NCBI GenBank assembly: GCA_951406725.2
Contig: OX597816.1
Coordinates: 11,036,001 to 11,100,000 of the forward strand
DNA length: 64,000 nt
DNA from: Octopus vulgaris
Taxonomy: Eukaryota
Direction of reading: 5' to 3'
Both the position numbers and the translations under genes were made by a program. Shown one piece after another: positions 25,515 through 39,677 of this stretch. Each line of letters begins with the position of its first letter. Within the stretch, counting starts at the first letter, position 1. Below the pieces are notes generated by a model. It saw only the letters and a program-made list of their open reading frames with translations, did no database searches and was not told the origin of the DNA.

Positions 25515-26540
25515 AGGAAAGCTGGCAAAATCATTTCTGTGCCTGATAAAATGCTTTGTGGCATCTGTCCTTATGATCTGAGTTCAAATGTTGCTTAGGT
25601 TGACTTTGCCTTTCATCCTGTCAGGATCGATAAAATAAGTACCAGAGGAACACTGGGATCAATGTAACTGACTCATTCCCTTCCCGAAATTGCTGGCCTT
25701 AAAACAATTATCATTATTATTATTATTATTAATGTGGTGAGCTGACAGAATTGTTAGTCTACTGGGCAGAGTTCACATTCTACTCAGATCGACCTTGCCT
25801 TTTGTCCTTTCAAGGTTTATGAAATAGGTACCAGTTGACCAGTGGGGTCGATGTAATCAACTTTCCTCCTCCGAAATCTCTTGTCTTGAGCCAAAAGTTA
25901 CAACCTGAAATATAATTCTTCAATTTGATTTTCTGTCTTCTCTCTTGATCTTTATTTAGCTGCAGGCTGAGTGGTTAAGATGTTCACTTCCCAACAATAT
26001 GGTTCTGGGAATGCCAACAATTCTTCCAGCTCACCCACTTAATAATGGTTTTCTTTTATTCTTTTATTCTTTTCTTCTTTCGGTCAGTTGACTGTGGTCA
26101 TGCTGGAGCACCACCTTCAGTTGAACAAATCGACCCCGGAACTTATTCTTTGTAAGCCTAGTACTCATTCTATTAGTCTTTTTTTCCAAACCACGATTTG
26201 AACTCAGACCATAAAAGTAGAAGAAATTCTGCTAAGCAATTTGCTCAGTCTGCTAATGATTCTGCCAGCTTGCCACCGGAGTAATAATAATAATAATCAT
26301 CATCATCATAATCATCATAATAATAATCATCATAATAATCATCATCATCATCATCATCGTCCGTTTTCCGTGCTAGCACGGGTTGGACGGTTCGACTGGG
26401 GTCTGGGAAGCCAGGGGCTGCACCAGGCTCCAGTCTGATCTGGCAGTGTTTCTACAGCTGGATGCCCTTCCTAATGCCAACCACTCCACGAGTGTAGTGG
26501 ATGCTTTTTACGTGCCACCAGCACAGGTGCCAGGGGAGTC

Positions 26541-26601
<61 letters not shown>

Positions 26602-26835
26602 CCTTTCTACCAAAGCACAAGGCCTGAAAATTTTTTGGGGGTGGGGCGGGGAAACTAGTTGATTATATTGACCCAAGTATTTCACCGATACTTAATTTAT
26701 TGATCTTGAAAGGATGAAAGGTAAAGTTGACCTCGGCGAAATTTGAACTCAGAACATAGCTGCAAGTGTAAAGATGAAATGCCACTAAGCATTTTGCCTT
26801 GCATGCTAATGATTCTGCCAGCTTGATACTTGATT

Positions 26836-26873
<38 letters not shown>

Positions 26874-27412
26874 TAACGGTGGCACGTAAAAGCACCATCC
26901 ATTCGTGTCCGTTGCCAGCATCGCCTGGCCCCGTGCCGGTGACACGTAAAAACACCATCCGTTCGTGGCCGTTCGCCAGCTCTGTCTGACACCTGTGCAG
27001 GTGGCACGTAAAAAACACCCACTACACTCGCGGAGTGGTTGGCGTTAGGAAGGGCATCCAGCCGTAGAAACACTGCCAGATCCGACTGGGCCTGACGAAG
27101 CCTTCCAGCTTCACAGACCCCAGTTGACCCGTCCAACCCATGCTAGTATGGAAAGCGGACGCTAAATGATGATGATGATGATGATGATGATAATCTTTTC
27201 CAGTATAGGCACAAGGCCTGAAATTTTGGGGGAGGGGAGTAGTCAATTACATCGACACCAGTACACAACTGGTACTTAATTTATCGACTCCCACCCCGAA
27301 AGGATGAAAGGCAAAGTTGAACTTGGCAGAATTTGAACTCAGAATGTAGCCACAGGCGAAATACCGCTTACCATTTTGTCCGACATGCTAGTGATTCTAC
27401 CAGCTCAATGCC
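25515..27412. mobile_element. Cluster of nested family A, B and C elements separated by TAA/CAT repeats
   Basis: B at ~25515, ~25730, 26600-26825, 27190-27412; C at 26355-26545 (-) and 26876-27190 (+); A fragment at ~26050-26190. Confidence 0.8.
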
Positions 27413-27414
27413 TG

Positions 27415-27473
<59 letters not shown>

Positions 27474-28040
27474 TAATAATATATTATGGCTAATTCAATT
27501 GCTTATAATATATCATAGGGGATTGCCTATAATAAATTAATAGGGGATTGAAATGTCTAAAACAATCCTCTGTAGAAACAATTGGCCAATTTTCTGCCTT
27601 CTGAAAGAAATCAATATTCTTCAGAATTGTCTCTAAATTAACATTTGCCTTTTTTTTTGTTTTTTTTCTGTGCTCAGGTCAGGAAAATAATTAACTAACG
27701 AGCATTTATTTTTGAGCTGTAGTAAAGAATAGGGATTAATAGCTAAATCTATGTTGAAGTACAATAAATAAATACATAAATGGCTCGTGTATGTGTTTGT
27801 GCATTTATATATGTGTATATATGTGTGTGTGTCTGCATGTGCATGTATATACATAGTAAAATATGAATACATATGAATATGCATTTATATGTATATATGA
27901 GAATGTGTGTGCATGCATTTACAGTATATTCCTTGCACACACATGTGCACACATACATACACACACTTTCTTTCTTTCTCTCTATCTCCATACACATATA
28001 TATATATAGTTTTATATGCATATATAAATGTGTGTGTGTG

Positions 28041-28072
<32 letters not shown>

Positions 28073-29341
28073 TATGTGTGTGTATGTATGTATGTATGAA
28101 TGTATATAAAAAAATGGAACAAAAATGCAATAGAGGACAATAAAACATACGGACAGATAGACAATACAAAGGTGGACAGGAGAAACAACAATTAGAAGGA
28201 CAGGCAAAAAATAAGACTGGTCATTCGTGGCCTTCTTTCCTCAGTCAAGTTACCAGAAGTCATAACTGTTTCAGGCAGTTACACTTGAGACTGTTTGATC
28301 TGGATGCCCCCAAAAACGTCTAAGCTAAGAGCATTATATATTTTTGTAAGAAAGCTAGCGAATGTGTATGGCAACAAAGACAAAAAAAAACAGAGAGTAT
28401 GGGACACAATTACATATACAAACAACAAGAATATAACAACAGGTGTCTTTCGACTGAGAACGAATCAAATTGAGCTGGTATGTAAGAAAAGTGAAAGCCT
28501 AAAGGCAGGAACATAGGAAATGGACATAAGAGGTGTTGGCAACACACATATATATCTATAGCTAATATATGTAAAATGAATATAAGATGCACACACACAC
28601 ACACACATATATATATTGAATATAAAAACGTGTGTGTATGTATGTCTTTTGTCTTTTTGTTTTTATTTGTTTCAGTAATTAGACTGTGGCCATGCTGGGG
28701 CACTGCTTTGAAGAATTTTAAGTTGAATGAATCGAACCCAGGACTTACTTTTTCAAAAGTAAGATCTCTTTTGCCAAACTGCTAAGTTACAGGGACGTAA
28801 ACACACCAACACCAGTTGTCCCAGGTAGGAGTCAAACACACACACACACACACACGTGCATATACAATGTGCTTCTTTCAGTTTCTGTCTATCAAATCAT
28901 CTCACAAAACTTTAGTTCGACCAAGTCTCTAGTAGGTGACACCTGCTCAATGTAAAATGCAGTGGAATTGAACCCAGAACCATGTGGTTGAGTAACAAGA
29001 TTTTTCCAAACAACCAACTTACCAACTTAGTTATCAAACCATCACTTGCACACTCTCTCTCTCTCTCTCTCCACACACAGACTCACACATATTCATATCT
29101 AGTTTTTATGTGTATGCGCGCGCGCGTGTGTGTGTGTGTATATATACACGTATTCTTTCTCTTACTTTTTCCAGTCCTTTGACTGCAGCTATGCAGGAGC
29201 ACCACCCTTAGTCAAACAAATCGACCCCAGGATTTATTGTAAGGCTGGAACTTACTGAATTAGTCTCTTCTGCTGAACCATTAAGTTAAGGGGATGTAAA
29301 CACACCAAACATTGGTTGTCAAGAAACACAAATGCATACAT

Positions 29342-29400
<59 letters not shown>

Positions 29401-29404
<4 letters not shown>

Positions 29405-29612
29405 CAATTAAGGAACGGCCATAATAGGCCATTCACCCACTAGAAATAACAGCCAAAGCTTCTACCGCAAATAAAGATTAATTCCGTAAACAGGAGAAAA
29501 TTAAAAAAACATTTACCCTGTAATTTCTTGTACGGTATACCGTTTCATCTGCTGTTTCATATACCGTTTCTAGTGGGTGAATGGCCTATTATGGCCGTTC
29601 CTTAATTGTTAA
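29401..29612. mobile_element. PLE-type pLTR fold-back between (TA)n runs
   Basis: Perfect 46-bp inverted repeat, 29401-29446 and 29567-29612. Confidence 0.7.
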
Positions 29613-29713
29613 TGTTGAACTTAAAAATGGTCTATGACTATTTAATTTTTTCCCACTGGGCCGCTGGTGGCAAAAAAAAATTCTACAAAATTTTCCTTGC
29701 CACCCTATATTGA

Positions 29714-30213
<500 letters not shown>

Positions 30214-30261
30214 ATGATAGATCAGCAGCCACAACACATTCTTTATTTTCTCTCTTTGTTC

Positions 30262-30297
30262 CTTTCTGTGGAAGAGCATAGGCTCGAAACATAAAAG
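30262..30297 (+). ncRNA. Minimal hammerhead-like motif with variant core in a pLTR fragment
   Basis: CTTT-CTGTGGAA-GAGC ATAG GCTC-GAAA-CA-TA-AAAG; homologues at 57192-57227 (-) and 62762-62797 (+). Confidence 0.5.
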
Positions 30298-31015
30298 ACT
30301 TTTTCTATTCCTGAGCGTTATACTAATACATCTGTTTGTTTTCTACACCACCTGCCTTCGTCTTTTGTTTTTCTCGTGAATTCTCCCTATATATATACAA
30401 CAGACTTCTTTCAGTTTCCATCTACCAAATCCATTTACAAAGCTTTGAGGAGCCTATGACTATAGTACAAAATACTTGCCCAATGTGCCACACAATGGGA
30501 CTGAACCTGGAACCATGTGGTTGGGAAGCAAGCTTCTTACCACACAGCCACTTCTGCACCTATATATATATATGCTACATAAGATGTACACATGTACATA
30601 CATATGGATATGTATGAATACATGTATGTATAAACACACACGCGCACACACACACACATACATACATAACACATATATCCTTTCATTTGCATGGACCCAC
30701 ATATTAGAAAACTTCTTTAAATCACTAAAACCAATTCTAAGTAGATCTATATTCCTTCAATTAGAATTAGGAATAGTAGCTTAGTCTGTGAGTGAACAGT
30801 GGAACCTTCCCATGAATTCCAATATCAATTGGCCGACAATATCCCAAGTGTATGGTCAATTTCCAATAATAGCCTGGATAAGGGGCTGCAATTTTCCTTT
30901 GATTATATAATTGGCACTTTGAAGGGGGAATAATAAAAAGCGGGATTTGAGTTTTTCTCTGTGTTGCTGCGCATGTATCCGTAAATGGGGGAGTGAAGGT
31001 GGCACGTGTGTATAT

Positions 31016-31074
<59 letters not shown>

Positions 31075-31447
31075 AGTGTGTGTGAGAGAGTATGTATTTG
31101 AGATAAATCAAAGGAGAAAAGAATGATTGCATGTGTGTGTATGAGTGTGTGTGTGTGCGTGTGTGTGTGTGTGTGTGTGTTTGTGTGTGTGTATATATAT
31201 ATATATACATACATCTATCTATCTATCTATATGTATATATGTATGTATATGTGTATCTATGTAAGTATATATACAAATATATATATTTATATATATATAT
31301 ATGTATGTACATATGTACATATGCATACATACACACATCTATATATACATAAATAACCACAGACACACACGCACTTACACATATTTATATGTGTCTATAC
31401 ACATGCATGCATGAACACACACACAGACATGTATATATACATGCATG

Positions 31448-31482
<35 letters not shown>

Positions 31483-31996
31483 ATGCACACATATATCATG
31501 CACATAAGCATATATAAATGTATACACACACATGCATATATCTATGCATGAGTCAGTGTGTTTGTTGTATATAGTACATCTGTGTGTACGTATGAATGTG
31601 TGTGTCTGTGTGTCTGTGAGTGTGTGTATGATGTATACCTTCCGTCTAATGGAATATTTCATAGTTATTTGAATTTCAAGAGTGATTAGCAATTTTCATT
31701 GGGTTAATAAGCTTGCTAATTTTTGCATTGATTAGTTCGTTCATTCATTAGAGAATGACAAGAATGATGGCTTGCAATTTGAAAATAGGCAGTTTGCTAC
31801 GAACACCTCATAATTATCCTATTACAGACTATTTCCTCATTTCTCTTGTGTTTGGTGCACTTTAATGAATGACTGAATGAAAGAATGAGCGATTGAAAGA
31901 ATACTGAGAATCAATCAATCTATCAGTCATAGAAATAAATAAACGAATAAATAAATAAATAAATAAATAAATAAATACATAATTAAATATAATTAT

Positions 31997-33050
31997 ATAG
32001 GTGCAGGCGTGGCTGTGTGGTAAGTAGCTTGCTAACCAACCACATGGTTCCAGGTTCAGTCCCACTGCGTGGCATCTTGGACAAGTGTCCTCTGCTATAG
32101 CCCCAGGCCGACCAATGCCTTGTGAGTGGATTTGGTAGACGGAAACTGAAAGAAGCCTGTCGTATATATGTATATATATATATATATATATGTGTGTATG
32201 TGTGTTTGTGTGTCTGTGTTTGTCCCCCTGGCATTGCTTGACAACCGATGCTTAGCGGTTCGGCAAAAAAGTGACCGATAGAATAAGTACTGGGCTTACA
32301 AAGAATAAGTCCTGGGGTCGATTTGCTCGACTAAAAGGCGGTGCTCCAGCATGGCCACAGTCAAATGACTGAAACAAGTAAAAGAGTAAAGAGTAAAAGA
32401 GATATAGGTGCAGGCGTGGCTGTGTGGTAAGAAGTTTACTTCTTAACCACATGGCTCTGAGTTCATTCCCTCGCCTTGGGCAAGTGTCTTTTCCTATACT
32501 GTATCTTTTGGCTAACCAAAACCTTGTGAGAGGATTTGGTAGATGGAAACGGAAAGAAGCCTGTCATAATATATATGTATATGTGTGTGTGTGTTTATCC
32601 CCGACCACTACTCAGCAACCAGTGCTGGTGTGTTTACATCCTTGTAACTGAGCAGTTCAGCAAAAAAACCCAATAAAATAAATACCAGGCTTAAAATAAG
32701 ATAAGTACTGGGGTCATTTTGTTTGACTAATATTCTTCAACATGGTGCCCCAGCATGGCCACAATCTCATGATTGTAAAAGACACTTGCCCACAGTGCCA
32801 CACATTAGGACTGGACTCAGAACCATGTGGTGGGATAGCAAATTTTTTATTTCTTTATTGCCCACAAGGGGCTAAACACAGAGGGGACAAACAAGGGCAG
32901 ACAAAGGGATTAAGTCGATTACATCGACCCCAGTGTGTAACTGGTATTTAATTTATTGAACCTGAAAGGATGAAAGGTAAAGTTGACATCGACGGAATTT
33001 GAACTCAGAACGTAACAGCAGATGAACGTTTCTGCCAGCTCGCCGCCTTA
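31997..33050. mobile_element. Two tandem family A SINEs (+) followed by a family B SINE (-)
   Basis: Heads AGGTGCAGGCGTGGCTGTGTGGTAAG at ~31998 and ~32406. Confidence 0.85.
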
Positions 33051-33080
33051 GTGAGATAGTAAATTTCTTACCGCACATTT

Positions 33081-33410
33081 ATGCCTGTGTTTATAGATAA
33101 GAAAGAAAGAAAAGTCGACAGATATAAGAGGTTAGCTTGGGATGTTAAGCAGTTGTGGTTGATGAAAAAGGTGGCAGTAGTACAAATAATTGTTGGAGCC
33201 CTGGGAACAGTGAGTAAAAATCTTGATGATGTACATGGAACAAATAGGGGCTGCAATAAGGGTGGAGTACTTGCAGAAAACAGCACTGCTTGGAACCACT
33301 CAAATACTCCAGATGGTGCTCAAAAAATAAAGGGTGTTACCGTAGTTCACTGGCCATGAGCAGCTGACCCCGTAGTACATCTCCAGTGTTAGTAGCTGTG
33401 CAAAGGCAAT
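33081..33410 (+). pseudogene. R4/Dong-like 3' remnant
   Basis: KERKVDRYKRLAWDVKQLW..VVQIIVGALGTVSKNL; same family as 54000-54290 (-). Confidence 0.8.
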
Positions 33411-33720
33411 GGTGGCATGTAAAAGGGCACCATTCAAGCGTGATCGTTACCAATGTCACCTTACTGGCACCTGTACCAGTGGCATGTGTAAAAAGATTTG
33501 AGTGAGGTCATTGCCAGTACTGCCTGACTGGCCCCCGTGCCGTTGGCATGTAAAAGACACCCACTACATTCTCGGAGTGGTTGGCGTTAGGAAGGGCATC
33601 CAGCTGTAGAAACTCTGCCAGATCAAGATTGGAGCCTGGTGCAGCCATCTGGTTTGCCAGTCCTCAGTCAAAATCGTCCAACCCATGCTGGCATGGAAAG
33701 TGGACGTTAAATGATGATGA
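33410..33720 (+). mobile_element. Family C retroposon
   Basis: 5' units, body and GAT tail. Confidence 0.85.
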
Positions 33721-34075
33721 AGATTTCATTTATTCGCCATAAGGGCAAAAGATGTGGGAGACAATACAGAGACAGACATAAAGTGTGGGAGTTTACATAC
33801 AATAATGAAATGACAAAAAAAAAAGTAATGATTTCTTTTATTGGCCACACAAACCCAAGACATGGAGGACACTATCAAAGGACGAGATACTTCGCAGAAA
33901 ATAGGTAGGGTTTACATCGATCAAGAGGAAACATTACAACATTAAAGGATATAACAAAAGGATTTATAAATAGAAATTAGGAAAATAAATAATTAACAAA
34001 TAGAATCCCCAATAGTGGGGAGGGAAAATAATAATCCGTTTTTCAATTGCATGATATCTTAGCTGTTTTGCATCT

Positions 34076-34131
34076 TTAGATGCGAAAAACTCGTTTTCCA
34101 TTGGACATCTCTGGATGAGACAAGGGTGCAG
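34076..34131 (-). CDS. Candidate alternative terminal exon ((A)APLSHPEMSNGKRVFRI*)
   Basis: Strong pyrimidine tract ttttgcctttgttttattttatacaag|, phase 1; AAG acceptors are uncommon. Confidence 0.2.
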
Positions 34132-34443
34132 CTTGTATAAAATAAAACAAAGGCAAAAATCCTCCCCTCCACCACATCATCATCAGCACCACCACCACCA
34201 CCACCACCACCACCACCACAACAACAACTGTAATGATAATGATAATAATAATGACGATGATGATGATGATGGTTTTTAAACTAAATAAATGGACATTAAG
34301 AAATATATTCCCAAGTTTCTAATTTTCTGAGAAAAATTTCATCCCTTAAAAATTGTTTTCCTTTAATTTTCATCTCCAGCAGAAAAATACTGTTTGTAAA
34401 TAAACCTAAATCTTTCAATGAATAGGAGCAGCATTAATGCATC

Positions 34444-34479
<36 letters not shown>

Positions 34480-34882
34480 ATATATGTATGTATATATGTA
34501 TGTATATATGTATGTATGTATGTATGTATATATGCATGTCTGTGTGTATGTATGTGTGTATATATATATGTGTGTGTATGTATATATGTATGTATATATG
34601 TATGTATGCATGTCTGTGTGTATATATATATATAACAAATAAACAAATGAGAAAAAAATGAATTATTTGCTCATTACAGGCTTTTAAATGAGTTCTAATT
34701 AATTTCCCATGTGTCATTTGGTATAAAAATGTGCCTTAGATTGAATGCAACCAGTTGGAATAGATGAGTTTGTTGTGTGCAATAATTGAATATCACTGTT
34801 TGAAATGAGTTAAAATAAAAAGAAAGATAGCTGCAGGAAGATCAAAACAACTTAACGATTGAAATATCTGCAGTGGCGTTAC

Positions 34883-34888
34883 CTTTAT
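34883..34888 (-). CDS. Candidate 6-nt microexon ATAAAG
   Basis: ctttattttcttcattttcctgtttttaaactag|ATAAAG|gtaacg in a repeat-free island. Confidence 0.25.
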
Positions 34889-35659
34889 CTAGTTTAAAAA
34901 CAGGAAAATGAAGAAAATAAAGACATTTCTCTTACATAAAAAAAAGACCAAATTTTGTATAACATTTTTATATATATTTCTTTCCTATTTTCAAACATAC
35001 ATCGTTGTAAAAATGGGCAATTTAATTGTAAAGGGATGTGTCAGATATACATTTCTGTAATCCATTATCTCTCATTGTTAAGTTCGCTAAGTATTTTAAA
35101 CTCGAAGAATAAGTTCTTTTATTTTAAGAATGTCCCTTGTTGTATTGGTCAGTGAATGGTGAATGATTCAACTATTTCCAAATGTAGTTTAATTGTTCAG
35201 GCAAGGGGAATATACTTTTGTCGATTTTGATTGATTGTAATGTAATGCTGTCCTTTCTATAAGATTTGTTTAATAGAAACTGTTTCTCCTATGGTCTTTC
35301 TAAATAATTTACTCAGATAACTAACTCGACTGCCAGTTCATTTCAAAACGATTTAACACACAGCTTTACAGAACAAGTCAAGCATATTTATCACCGTTGC
35401 ACATCTAGCATTTGCTTTTTTTTTTTTTCAATAGCTTTGTGGTTAAGAAACTTGCTTCACAGCCACATGGATTGGGGTTCAATCTCAGCCTGAGGCATCT
35501 TGTGCAAGTATGTTTTTACTGCACCTTTGTAAAGAACAATGGCTTGTAAGTGAAATTTGGTGGATGGAAAATGTATGGAAGCTCATTGTATGTCTGTGTG
35601 TGTATGTGTGTGTGCATGTGTATGTATATATATATATATATATATATATGCATATATAT

Positions 35660-36667
35660 ACAAATTAGAGAAAAACCACTATTATGTATTTCAGACAATG
35701 ATAGACATAAAACATATATAAAAAAAAATATATATATGTACTTTTTGTGATCTAGATAAATGTTTTATAATATATTTTATTTTTCCTATATGATATGTTT
35801 TATGTCTATCATTGTTTGAATTACATAATAGTGGTTTTTCTCTAATTTATATATATTATATATTTATATTGTGAAATTTGATTTAATACCAAATTGAATT
35901 TTTCCCTGTAAGTTTGGAATTATACTCCCTAAAAATTATTATTATTATGTATATATATATATAATGAAGAAATAAGTGATATAGGTATCCACTTTATACA
36001 GCTCAACCGAGGAGCACTCTGAGAGAACTTCAGGAATATACAATTAAGGAAAGGAGAAAACAAATTCAAAGGCCGATGTATATATTCATTCAATCCATAT
36101 TAATGAAATTCTCCATGGCATAAAAAGTACATACATAGATCATTCATGTATATGATACATAAAAAATTTCCAAGAATTTATAACTACATACATATACACG
36201 AAAATTTATAATTATATAAAAATTCTAACACATATAAAAATTTATAAACACATAAAAATTCATAAATATAAGTACATAAAAAGTGTAAGTCTATAATGTA
36301 TTTGCGAAGTCCAAATGGAAAGGAAGATAAAGCAGATATGGAATGATTCATAAGCCGTAACACTTTATACATAGACTTTATATATGTTCCAGACTCCTTA
36401 TGAATCATTTTACATCCACTTTATCATCCTCTTCATTTGGACTTCGCAAGTACATTTATGAACCTACAACTTTTTATATGTGTATGAATTTTTATGCACT
36501 TGTATATTTTCGTGTATATGTATGTATTTATAAATTCTTAGAAATTTGTTATATATCTTATAGATGAATGCCTCTATGTATGCACTTTGTATACCAAGGA
36601 GAACTTCGTTAATATGGATTGAATGAATATATACATTGGCCTTTGAATTTGTTTTCTCCTCTCCTTA

Positions 36668-36725
<58 letters not shown>

Positions 36726-37075
36726 CAAAAAGGGTGAAATATAATTAATTTAATAAAATTAATAAAATTAATAAATTTCACCTAGTAGTTTTTTCGGTAT
36801 GGAAATGACCATATTCGGTAAGAATTATATTAATTATAATAAAGGGTTAATTGCAACAAGTTGCTCAAAACCACAAACAAACAGAATTTGCAACTCGTAT
36901 ATGGTAAAGAGAAAGAAAACAATGAAATCCCAGCCTATTGGATCCACTGGTGGTTGGGGAGACTTTTTTACTAGAAGTAGAAATAGTGATCTATTTGGCT
37001 GCTATTTCTAAGATTTTCGGTATGTGGTTTTGAGCAACTTGTTGCAATTAACCCTTTATTATAATTAATATATAT
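35660..37075. mobile_element. Three adjacent fold-back elements within TA/CA runs
   Basis: Inverted arms ~35662-35717 / 35793-35847; 36042-36353 / ~36398-36670; ~36826-36875 / 37024-37073. Confidence 0.7.
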
Positions 37076-37097
37076 ATAAATAAATAAAATTACACAT

Positions 37098-37364
37098 AGG
37101 GTGGTGAGCTGGTAGAATTATTGGCAAGCTGGGTGAAATGCTTAGTGGTATTTTGTCTGCCATTACGTTCTGAGTTCAAATTCCACCATAGTTGACTTTG
37201 CCTTTCATCCTTTCAGGTTCGATTAAATAAGTACCAGTTACACACTGGGGTTGATCTAATCGATTTAATCCCTTACTCTGTCCTTGTTTGTTCTCTCTAT
37301 ATTTAGCCCCCTTTGGGCAATAAAGAAATATATATATATATATACGTATATATATATATATATA

Positions 37365-37417
<53 letters not shown>

Positions 37418-37653
37418 GTGTGTTTGTGTGTCTGTGTTTGTCCTCCTAGCATTGCTTGACAACTGATGCTGGTGTGTTTATGTCCCCGTAACTTAGCGGT
37501 TCGACAAAATAGACCAATAGAATAAGTACTGGGCTTACAAAGAATAAGTGCTGGGGTTGAGTTGCTCGATTAAAGGCGTTGCTCCAGCATGGCCGCAGTC
37601 AAATGACTGAAACAAATAAAAGAGAGTAAAAGAGATATATATATCTATAAACG

Positions 37654-37685
<32 letters not shown>

Positions 37686-38968
37686 TAAATACATACAAAC
37701 GAACACACACACACATAAGTATACATATTAATAGAGTGCCAGTGTGTTGAGCGAGCAGTTAAGCAGAAGAGGAATTAGTTGGTGTGTATGAGAAAGAAGA
37801 CTGAGCTGGTTTGGTCATGTGATGTAGATGGATGCCAACAGCACCATAAAGAAGTGCCAGTCTCTCAAAGCAGATGGAACACATGGAAGTGGGAAAAAGT
37901 ACTGAGGGACGACCCCAGGATGCTGGACCTTACAGGCAAGATGCTGTACTGAAGGAAACCTGTACTCCACAGCAGAAGTGTTAAGACTGGTCCCCTGGTG
38001 GGGATAATTCACTTGCAAGAGACGTGTGCAGGTCTCGTGTAAAAAGCACTCATGGAAGTGCCATGTAATAATCCTTTCTGCTAAAGGCACAAGGCATGAA
38101 ATTTGTGGGGAGGGGACTAGTTGATCAGATCGACCCTAGTGCATAACTGGTACTTAATTTATTGACCCTCAAAGGATAAAACGCAAAGCTGACTCTGGCA
38201 GAATTTGAACTCAAAACTTGAAGACAGACGAAATACTGCTAAGCATTTTGCCTGGCATACTCTTTTACTCTTTTACTTGTTTCACTCATGTGACTGAGGC
38301 CATGCTGGAGCACCATCTTTAGTTGAGCAAATCGACCCCAGGACTTATTCTTTGTAAGCCTGGTATTTATTCTATCAGTCTCTTTTGCTGAACTGCTAAG
38401 TTACGGGGATGTAAACACACCAGCATCAGTCGTCAAGTGATGTTGGGGAGACAAACATAGACACACAAACATATACACACACATATATATATATACATAC
38501 ATACATATATACATATATATATGACGGGCTTCTTTCAGTTTCCGTCTACCAAATCCACTCACAAGGCTTTTGTCGGGCCGAGGCTATAGAAGAAGTCACT
38601 TTCTCAAGGTGCCACACAGTGGGACTGAACCTGGAACCATGTGGTTGGTAAGCAAGCTTCTTACCACACAGCCACTCCTACGCCTATGCTAATGTTTCTG
38701 CCAGCTTGCCGCCTTGAGGTACCATGTAATAATTAAAATAATAGTAAAGATAATGCTTTCAAAATTTGGCACAGGACTGCCAGTTTTTGAGGGGTGGGGA
38801 AATTGATTACATTAACCCCAGAACATGGCACATACTTATTTCATTGATCCTGAAGGGATGAAAGGCAAAGTCGACCTCAGTAGAATTTGAACTCAGAACG
38901 TAAAGACTGATGAAATGCCACTAAGTGTTTTGCCCGGCATGCTAACGATTCTGCCAGCTTGCTGCCTG
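37098..38968. mobile_element. SINE cluster (B, A, A nested in B) and an RTE-like fragment at ~37730-37950
   Basis: RRLSWFGHVM at ~37795; family A copy 38259-38686 splits a family B copy. Confidence 0.75.
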
Positions 38969-39644
38969 GGAGTTAGGAGTAGAGATAATGACATTGATGA
39001 TAACGAAGATAATGCATAAGAGATGATTAGATAGCATGATGCACTGAATTAATTACAAAAATTAATTACAGAATGTTTATTTAACATCATCATCATCATC
39101 ATCGGCATCAACATCTTCATTATCCATTATTATCACCATTATCATTGTCTTCATCACTATCATCATTTTCACTATTGACATTTCTATCATCTTTACCATC
39201 GGCGTAGTGGTGACATCGCTGATGTTATCATCATCACCATCATCATCATCATCTCTCTTTCTCTCCTTGTATATGTGTGTGTGTGTGTGTATGTACATGC
39301 ATATATGTATGTATGTATGCATGCATATGTGTGTATGTGTGTTGTTATATATATATAAAGATGCATTCAATATTCTTTTCTGCTCTAGGCACAAGAGACG
39401 AAATTCTTGGGGAGGGGGCCAGTCAACTGGAGTGACCCCAGTACACAACTGGTACTTAATTTATCGACCCTTAAAGAATGAAAGGCAAAGTAGACCTTGA
39501 CAGAAGATGCATTCAATATTATCTGCTTAATGAGACAGCCATGGATTCAGTTACTATTCATGAAACAAGAATTATCTATCCCTGCAAATGCACACCTATA
39601 TAGGTGTATATGTATCTGTAGCTCTATCTTTCTATCACTTTGTC

Positions 39645-39677
<33 letters not shown>

